DNA of 64,000 nucleotides from an uncultured Eubacteriales bacterium (GCA_902801845.1 CADCJW010000010.1:19-64018), one strand, 5' to 3'. Shown: positions 17,760 through 27,322, numbered from the stretch's first letter. Program-made: numbers and translations. Notes: generated by a model not told the origin, from the sequence alone.

Positions 17760-19097
17760 ATGAAAGAGCGCAAAGGAACATTTTGGAAGATACTGTTGAC
17801 CCTGCTCATTTTGGGCGGATTGGGTTACGGCGGCTGGTATGCCTATGGCCGCTTCTTCGCGGAGGCGCCTCAGGAGGGGACCGTCTTCGTCCAGTCCGTG
17901 TCGGCCATCACCGGCGTGGGCCCTGCCGGGGTCAACAACCGGTACTCCGGCGTAGTGGAGGCCAAGAACATCGTCAAGGTGGACCCGGACAAGAATCTAA
18001 CCGTCAAAGAATGCCTGGTGGCTGCCGGAGACAAGGTGCAGCAGGGCTCGCCCCTGTTCCGCTATGACGTGGAAAGCATGCAGCTGGCCTATGAACAGCT
18101 TCAGCTGGACATCCTGGGGCTGGAAAACGGTATCAAGACCGGCCATGAGAAGGTGGAGAGCCTGACCGTCCAGCTGGAACGGGCCCGGGAAAACCGGAAG
18201 TACGACATCCAGATGAACATCCAGACCGAGGAGCTGGAGATCCGCAAAAAGGAGTATGAGCTTTCCGGCAAGCGCAAGCAGGCCGAGGACATGCTGAAGG
18301 CCCTGAACAACAGCACCATTTACTCCCCTGTGGAGGGCACGATCCGCTCCGTCAAGTCCACCGACAGCAGCGGCGCCAGCTACGGCTACGGCGGCGGCGA
18401 GGAGGAGACCGCCTACATCACCATCGTGGCCGGAAACGACTACTGCGTGAAGGGCACCGTCTCCGAGCAGACCATCCGCACCCTGCAGGAGGGGATGCCG
18501 GTTCGGGTCACCAGCCGGGTGGATGACCAGGTATGGCAGGGCCGCATCTACCGGATCAACACTGAGGAGACCAAGCAGAGCAGCAACCGCTACTACTATT
18601 ATGACGAGGGCTCCGGTGAGAAGGCCAGCAAGTATGACTTCTTCGTGGAGCTGGACTCCATCGAAGGCCTGCTCATGGGCCAGCACGTGTATATCGAGCC
18701 CGGCGCCGAGGGCGATGAGGATTCCGACGAGCTGCGCCTGCCCGCCTACTACCTCCTGCGGGAGGAGGGGAAATCCTTCGTCTACGCTGCCGACGGGGAC
18801 GGCCGCATCGAGAAGCGGCCCGTGCTCCTGGGCAAAGAGGACGATGAGACCGGTACGGTGGTCATTTTGGAGGGGCTCAGCTATCTCGACCGCATCGCCT
18901 TCCCGGACGAGACCGTCCAAGTGGGCATGGCCGTGTCCGAAACCTCCTACATGCCGGAGGACATGATGGGTTCGGACGATGAGATGGGCTTCATGGACGG
19001 CATGGAGGGCATGGACGGCATGCCCGGCATGCCGATGGACGAGTATGCGTCCGACATGGATGCCCCCGAGGAACCGGTAGGAGGCCCCGACGCATGA
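17760..19097 (+). CDS. Efflux transporter periplasmic adaptor (HlyD/MacA family), copy 1
   Basis: I moved the start to ATG 17760. It has an N-terminal TM helix, the coiled-coil 'LQLDILGLENGIKTGHEKVESLTVQLERARE', a beta-barrel region and an acidic Met-rich tail. Confidence 0.75.
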   Translation: MKERKGTFWKILLTLLILGGLGYGGWYAYGRFFAEAPQEGTVFVQSVSAITGVGPAGVNNRYSGVVEAKNIVKVDPDKNLTVKECLVAAGDKVQQGSPLFRYDVESMQLAYEQLQLDILGLENGIKTGHEKVESLTVQLERARENRKYDIQMNIQTEELEIRKKEYELSGKRKQAEDMLKALNNSTIYSPVEGTIRSVKSTDSSGASYGYGGGEEETAYITIVAGNDYCVKGTVSEQTIRTLQEGMPVRVTSRVDDQVWQGRIYRINTEETKQSSNRYYYYDEGSGEKASKYDFFVELDSIEGLLMGQHVYIEPGAEGDEDSDELRLPAYYLLREEGKSFVYAADGDGRIEKRPVLLGKEDDETGTVVILEGLSYLDRIAFPDETVQVGMAVSETSYMPEDMMGSDDEMGFMDGMEGMDGMPGMPMDEYASDMDAPEEPVGGPDA

Positions 19098-19771
19098 TCA
19101 TCCAGCTGGACCACATCGAAAAGACCTACGGCTCCGGGTCCAACAAGGTCCCGGTGCTTCACGATGTGAACATGCGGGTGGAGGAGGGAGAATACATCGC
19201 CATCATGGGCCCCTCCGGCTCCGGCAAAAGCACCCTCATGAACATCCTGGGATATCTGGACACCCCTACGGGCGGCACCTATCTCTTTGACGGCGAGGAC
19301 AACGCCCGCGCCGGGGACGCCCGCATGGCCCGCATCCGCAACCAGAAGATCGGCTTCGTGTTCCAAAGCTTCCACCTGATGCAGCGGCGCCGGGCCTGGG
19401 AAAACGTGGCCCTGCCCCTCATGTACGGCAACGTGCGCCGCAAGGAGCGAAAACAGCGGGCGGAGGAAGCCCTCTGTCAGGTGGGCCTGGAGGACAGGAT
19501 CAGCTTTTATCCCAATCAGCTGTCCGGCGGCCAGTGCCAGCGGGTGGCCATCGCCCGGGCCATCTGCACCCGGCCCAAGCTCCTCTTGGCGGACGAGCCC
19601 ACGGGGGCCCTGGATTCCAAGGCGGGACAGCAGATCATGGACATCTTCGACGAGCTCCACGATCAGGGCATGACCATCGTGATGATCACCCACGAGCACG
19701 CCGTGGCTCAGCGGGCTCGGCGCATGCTCTATATCTATGACGGCTGGCTCAGAGAGGAGGAACGGGCATGA
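19094..19771 (+). CDS. ABC transporter ATP-binding protein (MacB/LolD/FtsE type)
   Basis: Walker A GPSGSGKST, signature LSGGQCQRVAIARA, Walker B LLLADEPTGALD. It overlaps its neighbours by 4 nt at each end. Confidence 0.9.
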   Translation: MIIQLDHIEKTYGSGSNKVPVLHDVNMRVEEGEYIAIMGPSGSGKSTLMNILGYLDTPTGGTYLFDGEDNARAGDARMARIRNQKIGFVFQSFHLMQRRRAWENVALPLMYGNVRRKERKQRAEEALCQVGLEDRISFYPNQLSGGQCQRVAIARAICTRPKLLLADEPTGALDSKAGQQIMDIFDELHDQGMTIVMITHEHAVAQRARRMLYIYDGWLREEERA

Positions 19772-21801
19772 AACGACTGTTGAAGACCCTCCTCGTTTTG
19801 CTCATCATCGGCGGCCTCGTCGCCGGCGGCATCTACGGCTACAGCCGCTATACCATGAGCCAGCCTGCGGAGGTGCAGCCCGTGGGCAACTGGCTCATGG
19901 AGTATGTCCCCAATCAATCCTATATCGGCGGCAGCGTGGTGTCCGATGAAAGCTTGCTCTTCCTCGGCGAAAAGGAGCAGACCGTCACCCAGGTCTTCGT
20001 ATCCCTGGGGCAGCAGGTCCATGTGGGCGATCCTCTGCTGCAGTTCGACACCACCAAGGACGAATTGGATTTGGCCGAAAAGCTGCTGGAGCGGCAGAAG
20101 CTCTACGACTCCCTCCAGGAGCAATATAAGGAATATCAGCGATACGCCAACGAGCCCTACGAGCGCACCGTGCCCACGGCCACGCCCACCCCGGAACCGA
20201 CCCCCACGCCCACCCCCGCCCCCATTCAGGGCGCGGCGGCAAGGGGCGGCCGTTCTTTGGGGATCGTGCGGCTGTCCGCCGGGATTCAGCGGGCGCTGCA
20301 GCCCACCAGCGGAGACGGGGCCCCTGACTCGCCCTATCAGTATTCCCTGTCCGGCGGCGATCCCATCCCCGAAGCGCTGCTTTCGGAGCTTCAGGCCCGG
20401 GCGAACCAGCAGCACAAAACGATCTGCGTCACCTTCGCCTCCGACGTGGGGAGCCTGGACATGCGCTTTCAGCCCGCCAACGGGGAAAACCCCAAGGGCA
20501 GCGCCAGCTTCGTCGCCTTTGAGGAGAAATGGAGTTCCCCTCGGACCAGCACGGGCGAGGCCTCGCTGCTCACGACCCCGCCCTCCGGCAAGGGCACGCT
20601 GAACAGCCCCTATATCTACCACTATACCCAGGGCGAAGAGGTCACCTGGAAATTCCTCAGCTATTGCAGCCGCCGGGCGGCCGCCAGCGGCCGGTATCTC
20701 TATGTACAGCTGGTGGGCAAGAGCGTCAACGATCTCATGCTCTCATTGGACTTCACCAGCATGGGGACCTATCTTGTCCGCCTGGGCAAGACGCCTTCCT
20801 GCACCGTCACCTTTGACGCCAACGGCGGCGAAGGCTCTTCCACCGCCACGGTGGTCTACGGCAGCGCCTACGGGAAGCTCCCCGTCCCTACCCGGGAGGA
20901 ATACACCTTCGCCGGCTGGTGGACCACTCGGGATACCGGCGGCGAAGAGATCACCGAAAAGGCCGTGGTCATCAAGGACCACACCGTCTACGCCCGCTGG
21001 ACCCCCAAGCCCACGCCCACGCCCACCCTGGTCCCCGACGGCACGCCCATGCCCACCGAAACGCCCTTCGAGCCCTACTACGGGGGCGGCATGTCCCGGT
21101 CGGAGCGGATGGCCTACGTCCAGGAGCTGGCCCAAAAGATCCGGGACGACGAGCTCAAATACAGCCAGCTGTCCCTGGACATCTTCAAACTCCAGTCCGG
21201 GACGAAGGACGGCATCGTCCGCAGCACCATCGACGGCACTATCACCACCCTCGCCCCGGATGCGGGCGAAGGGAACGTGCTGCTGGAGGTGAAGGGCGGC
21301 GGCGGGGTCCACATCGTCTGCATGCTGGGAGAAACGGACCTGACCAAATACCCCGTGGGCACGGAGATGACCGGTTTCTGCTATGATATCGGGGAAAACG
21401 TGGACGCCCGGGTCTCCTTTGTGAGCCCCATGCCCGCCACCGAAAGCTATTCGAGCGGCGGCAACCCCAACTCCTCCGGCTTCATGGTCCAGCTGGAGGT
21501 TCTGGGCGATATTCAGCTCCCCCTGGGCGCATACGTGGAGTTCACCTCCTTCGCCCCCCTCTCCAAGAGCGGCACCATCTACCTGTACGAGGCCTTCGTC
21601 CGGGAGATCGACGGCCAGGACTACATCTTCGTGGACCGGGACGGCGTGCTGCGCCAGGAGCAGGTTCACACAGGGCGGCGGGTGATGGAGTATATCGAGC
21701 TGGTGGGGAGCGATCTCACCCGGGACGACTATATCGCCTTCCCCTACGGCAAGACCGTGCGGGACGGAGCCGTCACCAAGATCACCGACGGTGAATGGTA
21801 A
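19768..21801 (+). CDS. Second HlyD-like adaptor carrying Pro/Thr linkers and an inserted Listeria-Bacteroides (Flg_new / InlB B-repeat-like) domain
   Basis: It has an N-terminal TM helix and a coiled-coil, and ends with an adaptor beta-barrel. The insert reads 'TVTFDANGGEGSSTATVVYGSAYGKLPVPTREEYTFAGWWTTRDTGGEEITEKAVVIKDHTVYARW'. Confidence 0.65.
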   Translation: MKRLLKTLLVLLIIGGLVAGGIYGYSRYTMSQPAEVQPVGNWLMEYVPNQSYIGGSVVSDESLLFLGEKEQTVTQVFVSLGQQVHVGDPLLQFDTTKDELDLAEKLLERQKLYDSLQEQYKEYQRYANEPYERTVPTATPTPEPTPTPTPAPIQGAAARGGRSLGIVRLSAGIQRALQPTSGDGAPDSPYQYSLSGGDPIPEALLSELQARANQQHKTICVTFASDVGSLDMRFQPANGENPKGSASFVAFEEKWSSPRTSTGEASLLTTPPSGKGTLNSPYIYHYTQGEEVTWKFLSYCSRRAAASGRYLYVQLVGKSVNDLMLSLDFTSMGTYLVRLGKTPSCTVTFDANGGEGSSTATVVYGSAYGKLPVPTREEYTFAGWWTTRDTGGEEITEKAVVIKDHTVYARWTPKPTPTPTLVPDGTPMPTETPFEPYYGGGMSRSERMAYVQELAQKIRDDELKYSQLSLDIFKLQSGTKDGIVRSTIDGTITTLAPDAGEGNVLLEVKGGGGVHIVCMLGETDLTKYPVGTEMTGFCYDIGENVDARVSFVSPMPATESYSSGGNPNSSGFMVQLEVLGDIQLPLGAYVEFTSFAPLSKSGTIYLYEAFVREIDGQDYIFVDRDGVLRQEQVHTGRRVMEYIELVGSDLTRDDYIAFPYGKTVRDGAVTKITDGEW

Positions 21802-21825
21802 GGCATGGAAGGGATGTGATTCGAT

Positions 21826-23076
21826 ATGTTGGAAAACTTTCGAGAGGCCTTTGACGGCATCTGGTCCCATAAGCTGAGAAGCGCCCTCACCATGCTGGGC
21901 ATCATCATCGGCATCGCCTCCATCATCGCCATCTCCTCCACCATCATGGGCACCAACGAGCAGATCAAGCAAAATCTGGTGGGGGCGGGGAACAACACCG
22001 TGGAAGTGGCCCTCTATCAGGGGGACTACGTGCTGGACCCTTCCTATCAGCAGGTGCCCGAGTACGTGAAGCCTTTGACGGAGGACATCCTCCCCGAGAT
22101 CACCAAGATCAAGGAGGTAAAGGACGCCAGCTTGTTCTATCGCCGGGACGCCTATGGCATGATCTGGTACGGCTCGGAGGGGCTGAACCAGGGCTCCGTC
22201 TATGGGGTGGACGAGCATTTCCTCTCCGTCAACGGCTATGTGATCCGCAGCGGACGCAGCTTTCTGCCGGAGGATTTCAAGACCTTCAAGAAGGTGGCCC
22301 TCATCGACAGGACCGTGTCCGAGACCCTGTTCATGGGCGCCAACCCCATCAACAAGACCATCGAGATCTCCTCGGAGCCCTATGTGGTGGTGGGCGAGTT
22401 CACCCAAAACACCGCCTTCACCCCCACCATCACCTCCATCAGCGACTACTTCACCTACACCGACCATTCCGGCGGCAAGGTGCTGATCCCCGCCACCACC
22501 TGGCCCACCCTCTTTGCCTACGACCAGCCCAGCTCCGTGATGGTCCGGGCCGGAAGCACGGACGAGATGACCGAGGCGGGCAAGCAGACCGCGGCCGTGC
22601 TGAACGCCACCCTCACCGGATCCGGAGACGTGACCTACAAGAGCAAGGACCTGCTGGAACAGGCCAAGAAGCTCCAGGAGCTGAGCAACGCCACCAACCG
22701 GCAGCTCATCTGGATCGCCAGCATCTCGCTGCTGGTGGGGGGCATCGGCGTCATGAACATCATGCTGGTGTCCGTCACGGAGCGGACCCCGGAGATCGGC
22801 CTCAAAAAGGCCCTGGGGGCCCGAAAGCGGAAGATCTCCGCCCAGTTCCTCACGGAGGCCGGCGTGCTCACCTGCATCGGCGGCGTACTGGGGGTCCTGG
22901 TGGGCATCGGCCTTGCCTATATGGTGTCCCGGGTGTCCGGGGTGCCCATCTTCATCAGCTGGTACATCGTGGCCGCCACGGTGGTCTTCTCCTTCGTGGT
23001 AGGGCTGTTCTTCGGGGCGGTCCCCGCCGTCCAGGCGGCCCGGCTGAACCCCATCGACGCCCTGCGGCGGGAGTGA
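21826..23076 (+). CDS. ABC transporter permease (MacB/FtsX family)
   Basis: One N-terminal TM helix, a large extracytoplasmic domain, and a C-terminal FtsX-type bundle 'GGIGVMNIMLVSVTERTPEIGLKKALGA'. Confidence 0.85.
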   Translation: MLENFREAFDGIWSHKLRSALTMLGIIIGIASIIAISSTIMGTNEQIKQNLVGAGNNTVEVALYQGDYVLDPSYQQVPEYVKPLTEDILPEITKIKEVKDASLFYRRDAYGMIWYGSEGLNQGSVYGVDEHFLSVNGYVIRSGRSFLPEDFKTFKKVALIDRTVSETLFMGANPINKTIEISSEPYVVVGEFTQNTAFTPTITSISDYFTYTDHSGGKVLIPATTWPTLFAYDQPSSVMVRAGSTDEMTEAGKQTAAVLNATLTGSGDVTYKSKDLLEQAKKLQELSNATNRQLIWIASISLLVGGIGVMNIMLVSVTERTPEIGLKKALGARKRKISAQFLTEAGVLTCIGGVLGVLVGIGLAYMVSRVSGVPIFISWYIVAATVVFSFVVGLFFGAVPAVQAARLNPIDALRRE

Positions 23077-23109
23077 GCATCCCTTTCCATGGCAAATCCT
23101 GCCTCCGAT

Positions 23110-23140
23110 TTGACATCGGCGGAAAGATGTGCTATACAAT
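23110..23140 (+). promoter_or_regulatory. Promoter of the SH3 lipoprotein gene
   Basis: TTGACA, 17-nt spacer, TATACA(AT). Confidence 0.5.
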
Positions 23141-23211
23141 ATTTGTAGATATTTTGGAAAAATGGGCGGCGAACGAAAGCCTTTTCCCCGTTTATCTTTG
23201 GAGGTCATGCT

Positions 23212-24777
23212 ATGAAAGGAAAGAATCTTCGGACCGGGCTGCTGATCCTGGCGGCGGTGCTGCTGCTCGCCCTTATGGCGGGCTGCGGGAAGAACGATCC
23301 CTCCGTGCTGAAGCTCCCGGAGCACACGGCGTCAACCAACGCCGCGCCCCAGGAGACCCCTGCGCCTTTGACGCCTTTGGGGGACCGCTTCTGCCGCGTA
23401 GGCCAGGAGACTATCCCGGAGAGCAATTTGTTCTCCTTCATCCTCACATCGGCCAACTATGATCCCCAGCAGGGGCTGCTGCTCCAGCTGAGCTACACCA
23501 ACAAGTCCACCAACCGGAGCTTTCTCGTGACGCTGGACTATCTGGCCGTGAACGGATACATGCAGGATACGGCCTTTGCCGCCCCCGTGGCCGCCGGGCA
23601 ATCCGGCACCGGGGAGATCCGTATCGAAGCGGATTCCCTGCGCAGCGCCGGCATCTCCTCCGTGGACGAGCTGGTCCTCTACCCCTACATCTATGACGAC
23701 AGCGTCCCCGCAGGTCAAGGGGACCTGGTGGACGGAGCGTTCAGCTTCTATCCCACGGGGCTCACGGCCAAGACCGTGGTCTATCCCGTGCGGCAGCGGA
23801 CGCCCCAGGAGGCCACCTTCCTGGACAACACCTTCGCCACGGTGGTCATCCTGAGTGCGGCGGAGAACGCCGCCGGGGACGTGGATGTAAACTGCTACCT
23901 CGAAAACAAATCGGACCGGCTTTTGAACTTCGCCTGGAAGGACGTTTCCATCAACGGCACCCCCGTCTCCACGACGGAGGAGGCCGTGGTGGCGTCCCGG
24001 ATGCGGCGGTACGCCACGCTGACGGTGCCCGCCGGCGAGCTTTCCGCCCAGGGCATCACCTCTCCCGGAGAGGTGAGCTTCCGCATGGTGGGCACGCCGC
24101 TATCCGGTCTCATGACCTCGCCGCTCTTTGAGCAGCAGGGCACCTACCGGTTCGCCGCCACCCCTGACACAAGCACCGGCACGGACACGGACCCCGGCGA
24201 CGAGCCTGAGCTGGAACCGGCGGCCACTCCGGACACCGCCGTGCCCGAGACGGCCACCCCGGCGCCCACCACCGTCATCTACACCAGCCCCACCTCCGCC
24301 CACAAGAAGAACGCCAAGAACGGCTACGTGTCCAAGGAGGGCGTGAACATGCGCTCCGGCCCCGACACCAAGTATAAAAAGGTGAAGTCCGATATCCCGG
24401 AAAACACGGCGGTAGTCCTTTACGAGCTTCAGAACGGTTGGTGGTTCCTGAAATGCGACGGTAAGTACGGTTACATCCGTCAGGATATGATCCATCAGGG
24501 CAAGGCGCCCAAGGCTACGGAGCCTCCGTCTGAAGCCGGCGAGGAGGGCAAGGCCCAAAAGGGTGCGGTGGCCACCCGGTCCAAGGCGGCCATGCGCGCG
24601 GAGGCCGACAAGGATTCCAAATGCCTGACCGAGCTTGGCGACGGCAAAGAACTGACGGTCTACTACAAGACCAAGGGCAAGGACGGGAAGACCTGGTACT
24701 ACGTGTCCGACGGCAAGCACAAGGGCTTCATCCGCTCCGATCTTGTGAAGGTGAAGGGCAAGGTCCCCAGCAAGTAA
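23212..24777 (+). CDS. Lipoprotein with two C-terminal bacterial SH3 domains
   Basis: Lipobox LMAGC. The SH3b-like segments are 'GYVSKEGVNMRSGPDTKYKKV...WWFLKCDGKYGYIRQDMI' and '...TWYYVSDGKHKGFIRSDLV'. Confidence 0.65.
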   Translation: MKGKNLRTGLLILAAVLLLALMAGCGKNDPSVLKLPEHTASTNAAPQETPAPLTPLGDRFCRVGQETIPESNLFSFILTSANYDPQQGLLLQLSYTNKSTNRSFLVTLDYLAVNGYMQDTAFAAPVAAGQSGTGEIRIEADSLRSAGISSVDELVLYPYIYDDSVPAGQGDLVDGAFSFYPTGLTAKTVVYPVRQRTPQEATFLDNTFATVVILSAAENAAGDVDVNCYLENKSDRLLNFAWKDVSINGTPVSTTEEAVVASRMRRYATLTVPAGELSAQGITSPGEVSFRMVGTPLSGLMTSPLFEQQGTYRFAATPDTSTGTDTDPGDEPELEPAATPDTAVPETATPAPTTVIYTSPTSAHKKNAKNGYVSKEGVNMRSGPDTKYKKVKSDIPENTAVVLYELQNGWWFLKCDGKYGYIRQDMIHQGKAPKATEPPSEAGEEGKAQKGAVATRSKAAMRAEADKDSKCLTELGDGKELTVYYKTKGKDGKTWYYVSDGKHKGFIRSDLVKVKGKVPSK

Positions 24778-24792
24778 ACAAGCAAGATAAAA

Positions 24793-24827
24793 AACAGGCG
24801 GTTCGCTGCATCCGCCTGTTTTCTTTT
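24793..24827 (+). terminator. Rho-independent terminator
   Basis: AACAGGCGG-(10 nt)-CCGCCTGTT followed by TTCTTTT. Confidence 0.7.
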
Positions 24828-24847
24828 GGCGCCGCGCCGCATAGGCT

Positions 24848-25894
24848 ATGATCATGAGAAAGCTATGCGTGCTGCTGGGCCTGCTCGTCGCGGCGGGCTG
24901 TATGCCCTTTCATGCGGCGGCCGCCCAGGAGGGGGTGGCGCTGCCCATCCTCATGTACCACAGCGTGCTGAAGGACCCCAAGCGGACGGGCCTGTACGTG
25001 GTGACCCCGGATCGGCTCCGGGAGGACCTTCTGTACCTAAAAGCAAAGGGGTACGTCACCGTCACGGCGGCGGACCTGACGGCCTACGTCCAGGGCGGAG
25101 CGCTGCCCGAAAAGCCGGTGATGATCACCTTTGACGACGGCCATTACAACAACCTGACCTATGCCCTGCCCCTGCTGCAGGAGCTGGGCATGGAGGCGGT
25201 CATCTCTGTGGTGGGCCGATACACAAAGGAATACAGCGACCACCCGGACCCCAATCCCAACTACGCCTATCTTTCCTGGGCGGACATCTCCGCCCTGACG
25301 GACTCCGGCCATGTGGAGATCGGCAGCCATTCCTTCGACATGCACCGGCAGAGCCCCCGCATGGGCAGCGACCGGATGCGGGGCGAGGACGAAGCGTCCT
25401 ACCAGGCCGCCTTCCTGGCCGACACCCGGCGGCTCCAGGATATGCTGGAGGAGAAGTGCGGCTTTTCGCCCATCGTCTACGCCTATCCCTTCGGGGCCGT
25501 GGGCCGGGGGACGGCCGACATGCTTCGGGAGCTGGGCTTTGCCTGCTCCCTCACCTGCCGGGAGAAGGTGAACCGGATCCGCCGGGACCCGGACAGCCTC
25601 TTCTCCCTGGGGCGCTTCAACCGACCGGGGGACATGACCACGGAAGCGTTCATGGAAAAACTGGGGGTTGCAATTTCGAAAACAGCTGATATAATAGTCC
25701 ACAATGACAGCAAGGCTGTGATGGAAAGAGTAGACGGCGCAGGGCCTTTCAGAGAGCATCCGGCAGGTGAAAGGATGTGGCGAACGCCGAGCGAAGTACA
25801 TTCCGGAGCCGCTTCCCTGAACCTGAGTAGGGGGAGACGGGTGCGCCCGATACAGCGTCCAAGGAGAAGCGTCCGCCCGCGTGGCGTCGCTTGA
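24848..25894 (+). CDS. Polysaccharide deacetylase (NodB-type), exported; the C-terminal ~75 codons run through the tyrS promoter and T-box leader
   Basis: 'LPILMYHSV', 'VMITFDDGHYNN' and 'IGSHSFDMH'. The recognisable domain ends near 'FMEKLG' (about 25665), but the first in-frame stop is at 25892-25894. Confidence 0.75.
   Translation: MIMRKLCVLLGLLVAAGCMPFHAAAAQEGVALPILMYHSVLKDPKRTGLYVVTPDRLREDLLYLKAKGYVTVTAADLTAYVQGGALPEKPVMITFDDGHYNNLTYALPLLQELGMEAVISVVGRYTKEYSDHPDPNPNYAYLSWADISALTDSGHVEIGSHSFDMHRQSPRMGSDRMRGEDEASYQAAFLADTRRLQDMLEEKCGFSPIVYAYPFGAVGRGTADMLRELGFACSLTCREKVNRIRRDPDSLFSLGRFNRPGDMTTEAFMEKLGVAISKTADIIVHNDSKAVMERVDGAGPFREHPAGERMWRTPSEVHSGAASLNLSRGRRVRPIQRPRRSVRPRGVA
25668..25695 (+). 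promoter_or_regulatory. Promoter of the tyrS T-box leader
   Basis: TTGCAA, 16-nt spacer, TGaTATAAT (extended -10). Confidence 0.65.
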
Positions 25895-25950
25895 ATTGAG
25901 GTGGTACCACGGCTTAGGTCGTCCTCTGTTTTCGCAGAGGGCTTTTTTAT
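25700..25950 (+). promoter_or_regulatory. T-box riboswitch leader, tyrosine specifier (UAC)
   Basis: Stem I elements are AGAGTAG and GGTGAAA. The specifier-loop GAAGTACA places TAC at 25797-25799. The T-box sequence AATTGAGGTGGTACCACGG is at 25893-25911. The terminator is CCTCTG-ttttcg-CAGAGG followed by GCTTTTTT. Confidence 0.85.
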
Positions 25951-25969
25951 TACGACAGGAGGAAAGAAC

Positions 25970-27196
25970 ATGGGAATCTATGAGGAACTGAAGGAACGGG
26001 GCCTGCTGGCCCAGGTGACCAACGAGGACGAGATCCGCGAGATGGTGAACGCGGGCAAGGCCACCTTCTATATCGGCTTCGACTGTACGGCGGACAGTCT
26101 GACCGCGGGCCACTTCATGGCGCTGACGCTCATGAAGCGGCTGCAGATGGCGGGGAACAAGCCCATCGCCCTCATCGGCGGCGGCACCACCATGATCGGC
26201 GATCCCTCGGGCCGGACCGACATGCGCAAGATGCTGACCCGGGAGGACATCGACCACAACGCCGCCTGCTTCAAGCGGCAGATGGAGAAGTTCATCGAGT
26301 TTGGCGAGGGCAAGGCCATGATGGTGAACAACGCCGACTGGCTCCTGGGGCTCAACTACATCGAGCTTATCCGGGAGGTGGGTCCCTGCTTCTCCGTAAA
26401 CAACATGCTGCGGGCGGAGTGCTACAAGCAGCGCATGGAGAAGGGGCTCTCCTTCCTGGAGTTCAACTACATGATCATGCAGAGCTACGACTTCTACTAC
26501 CTGTTCCAGCACTACGGCTGCAACATGCAGTTCGGCGGCGACGACCAGTGGTCCAACATGCTGGGCGGCACGGAGCTCATCCGCAAGAAGCTGGGCAAGG
26601 ACGCTCACGCCATGACCATCACCCTTCTCACCGACTCCCAGGGGCACAAGATGGGCAAGACCGCCGGCAACGCCGTGTGGCTGGACCCCAACAAGACCAG
26701 CCCCTTCGAGTTCTACCAGTACTGGCGGAACGTGGGCGACGCGGACGTGATGAAGTGCATCCGCATGCTCACCTTCCTGCCCCTCGATACCATCCGGGAG
26801 ATGGACGGCTGGCCTGACGAGCGGATCAACGAGAAGAAGGAGATCCTGGCCTTCGAGCTCACCGCTTTGGTCCACGGCCGGGAGGAGGCCGAAAAGGCCC
26901 AGTCCGCCGCCCGGGCCCTGTTCTCCGGGGAGGGGGACGAGTCCAGCATGCCCACCACCTGCCTGTGCTGCGAGCAGGTGCCGGAGGAGGGCATCAACAT
27001 CATCGACCTCATGGTCTGCTGCGGTCTGGTGAAGAGCCGGGGCGAAGCAAGGCGGCTCATCGAGCAGGGCGGCGTAAAGGTGGACGGGGAAAAGGTCACC
27101 TCCACCTACGCCATCGTCTCCCGGGAGCAGCTCTGCGCCGGGGCCAAGGTCAAGTACGGCAAGAAGGCCTTCCACAAGGCCCTGCTGAAGATGTGA
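25970..27196 (+). CDS. tyrS: Tyrosine--tRNA ligase
   Basis: I moved the start to ATG 25970 (SD AGGAGGAAAG), giving MGIYEELKERGLLAQV. The HIGH-type motif is 'TAGH', the KMSKS-type motif is 'KMGKT', and the C-terminus is an S4-like domain. Confidence 0.92.
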   Translation: MGIYEELKERGLLAQVTNEDEIREMVNAGKATFYIGFDCTADSLTAGHFMALTLMKRLQMAGNKPIALIGGGTTMIGDPSGRTDMRKMLTREDIDHNAACFKRQMEKFIEFGEGKAMMVNNADWLLGLNYIELIREVGPCFSVNNMLRAECYKQRMEKGLSFLEFNYMIMQSYDFYYLFQHYGCNMQFGGDDQWSNMLGGTELIRKKLGKDAHAMTITLLTDSQGHKMGKTAGNAVWLDPNKTSPFEFYQYWRNVGDADVMKCIRMLTFLPLDTIREMDGWPDERINEKKEILAFELTALVHGREEAEKAQSAARALFSGEGDESSMPTTCLCCEQVPEEGINIIDLMVCCGLVKSRGEARRLIEQGGVKVDGEKVTSTYAIVSREQLCAGAKVKYGKKAFHKALLKM

Positions 27197-27202
27197 CGGT
27201 TA

Positions 27203-27262
27203 TGTTTTCTTTTGCCGCTTTTTCTCTTTGTATAAAGAGAAAAAGCGGCGCAAAAAGAGAAA
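27203..27262. repeat. Nested Y/R palindromic hairpin element (GCCGC subfamily)
   Basis: The core at 27214-27249 is GCCGCTTTTTCTCTTT-gtat-AAAGAGAAAAAGCGGC (16 bp, perfect). The outer arms are GTTTTCTTTT / AAAAAGAGAAAC. It begins 7 nt after the tyrS stop. Confidence 0.75.
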
Positions 27263-27322
27263 CTCATTTGGGATAAGGAAAAACGCCGCCCATCATCTTC
27301 TCCCCCAGTGCGTTCTTTTGCG

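Noticed and set aside
20743-23325. An 860-aa minus-strand ORF across adaptor-2 and the FtsX permease.
   Set aside because: It is a shadow ORF opposite two well-supported ABC exporter genes, with Gly/His/Asp/Pro-rich nonsense composition. The same reasoning applies to 19735-20622 (-).
25037-27175. A 712-aa minus-strand ORF opposite the deacetylase, T-box and tyrS.
   Set aside because: It would run through a T-box riboswitch and antisense to tyrS. It is a shadow ORF.
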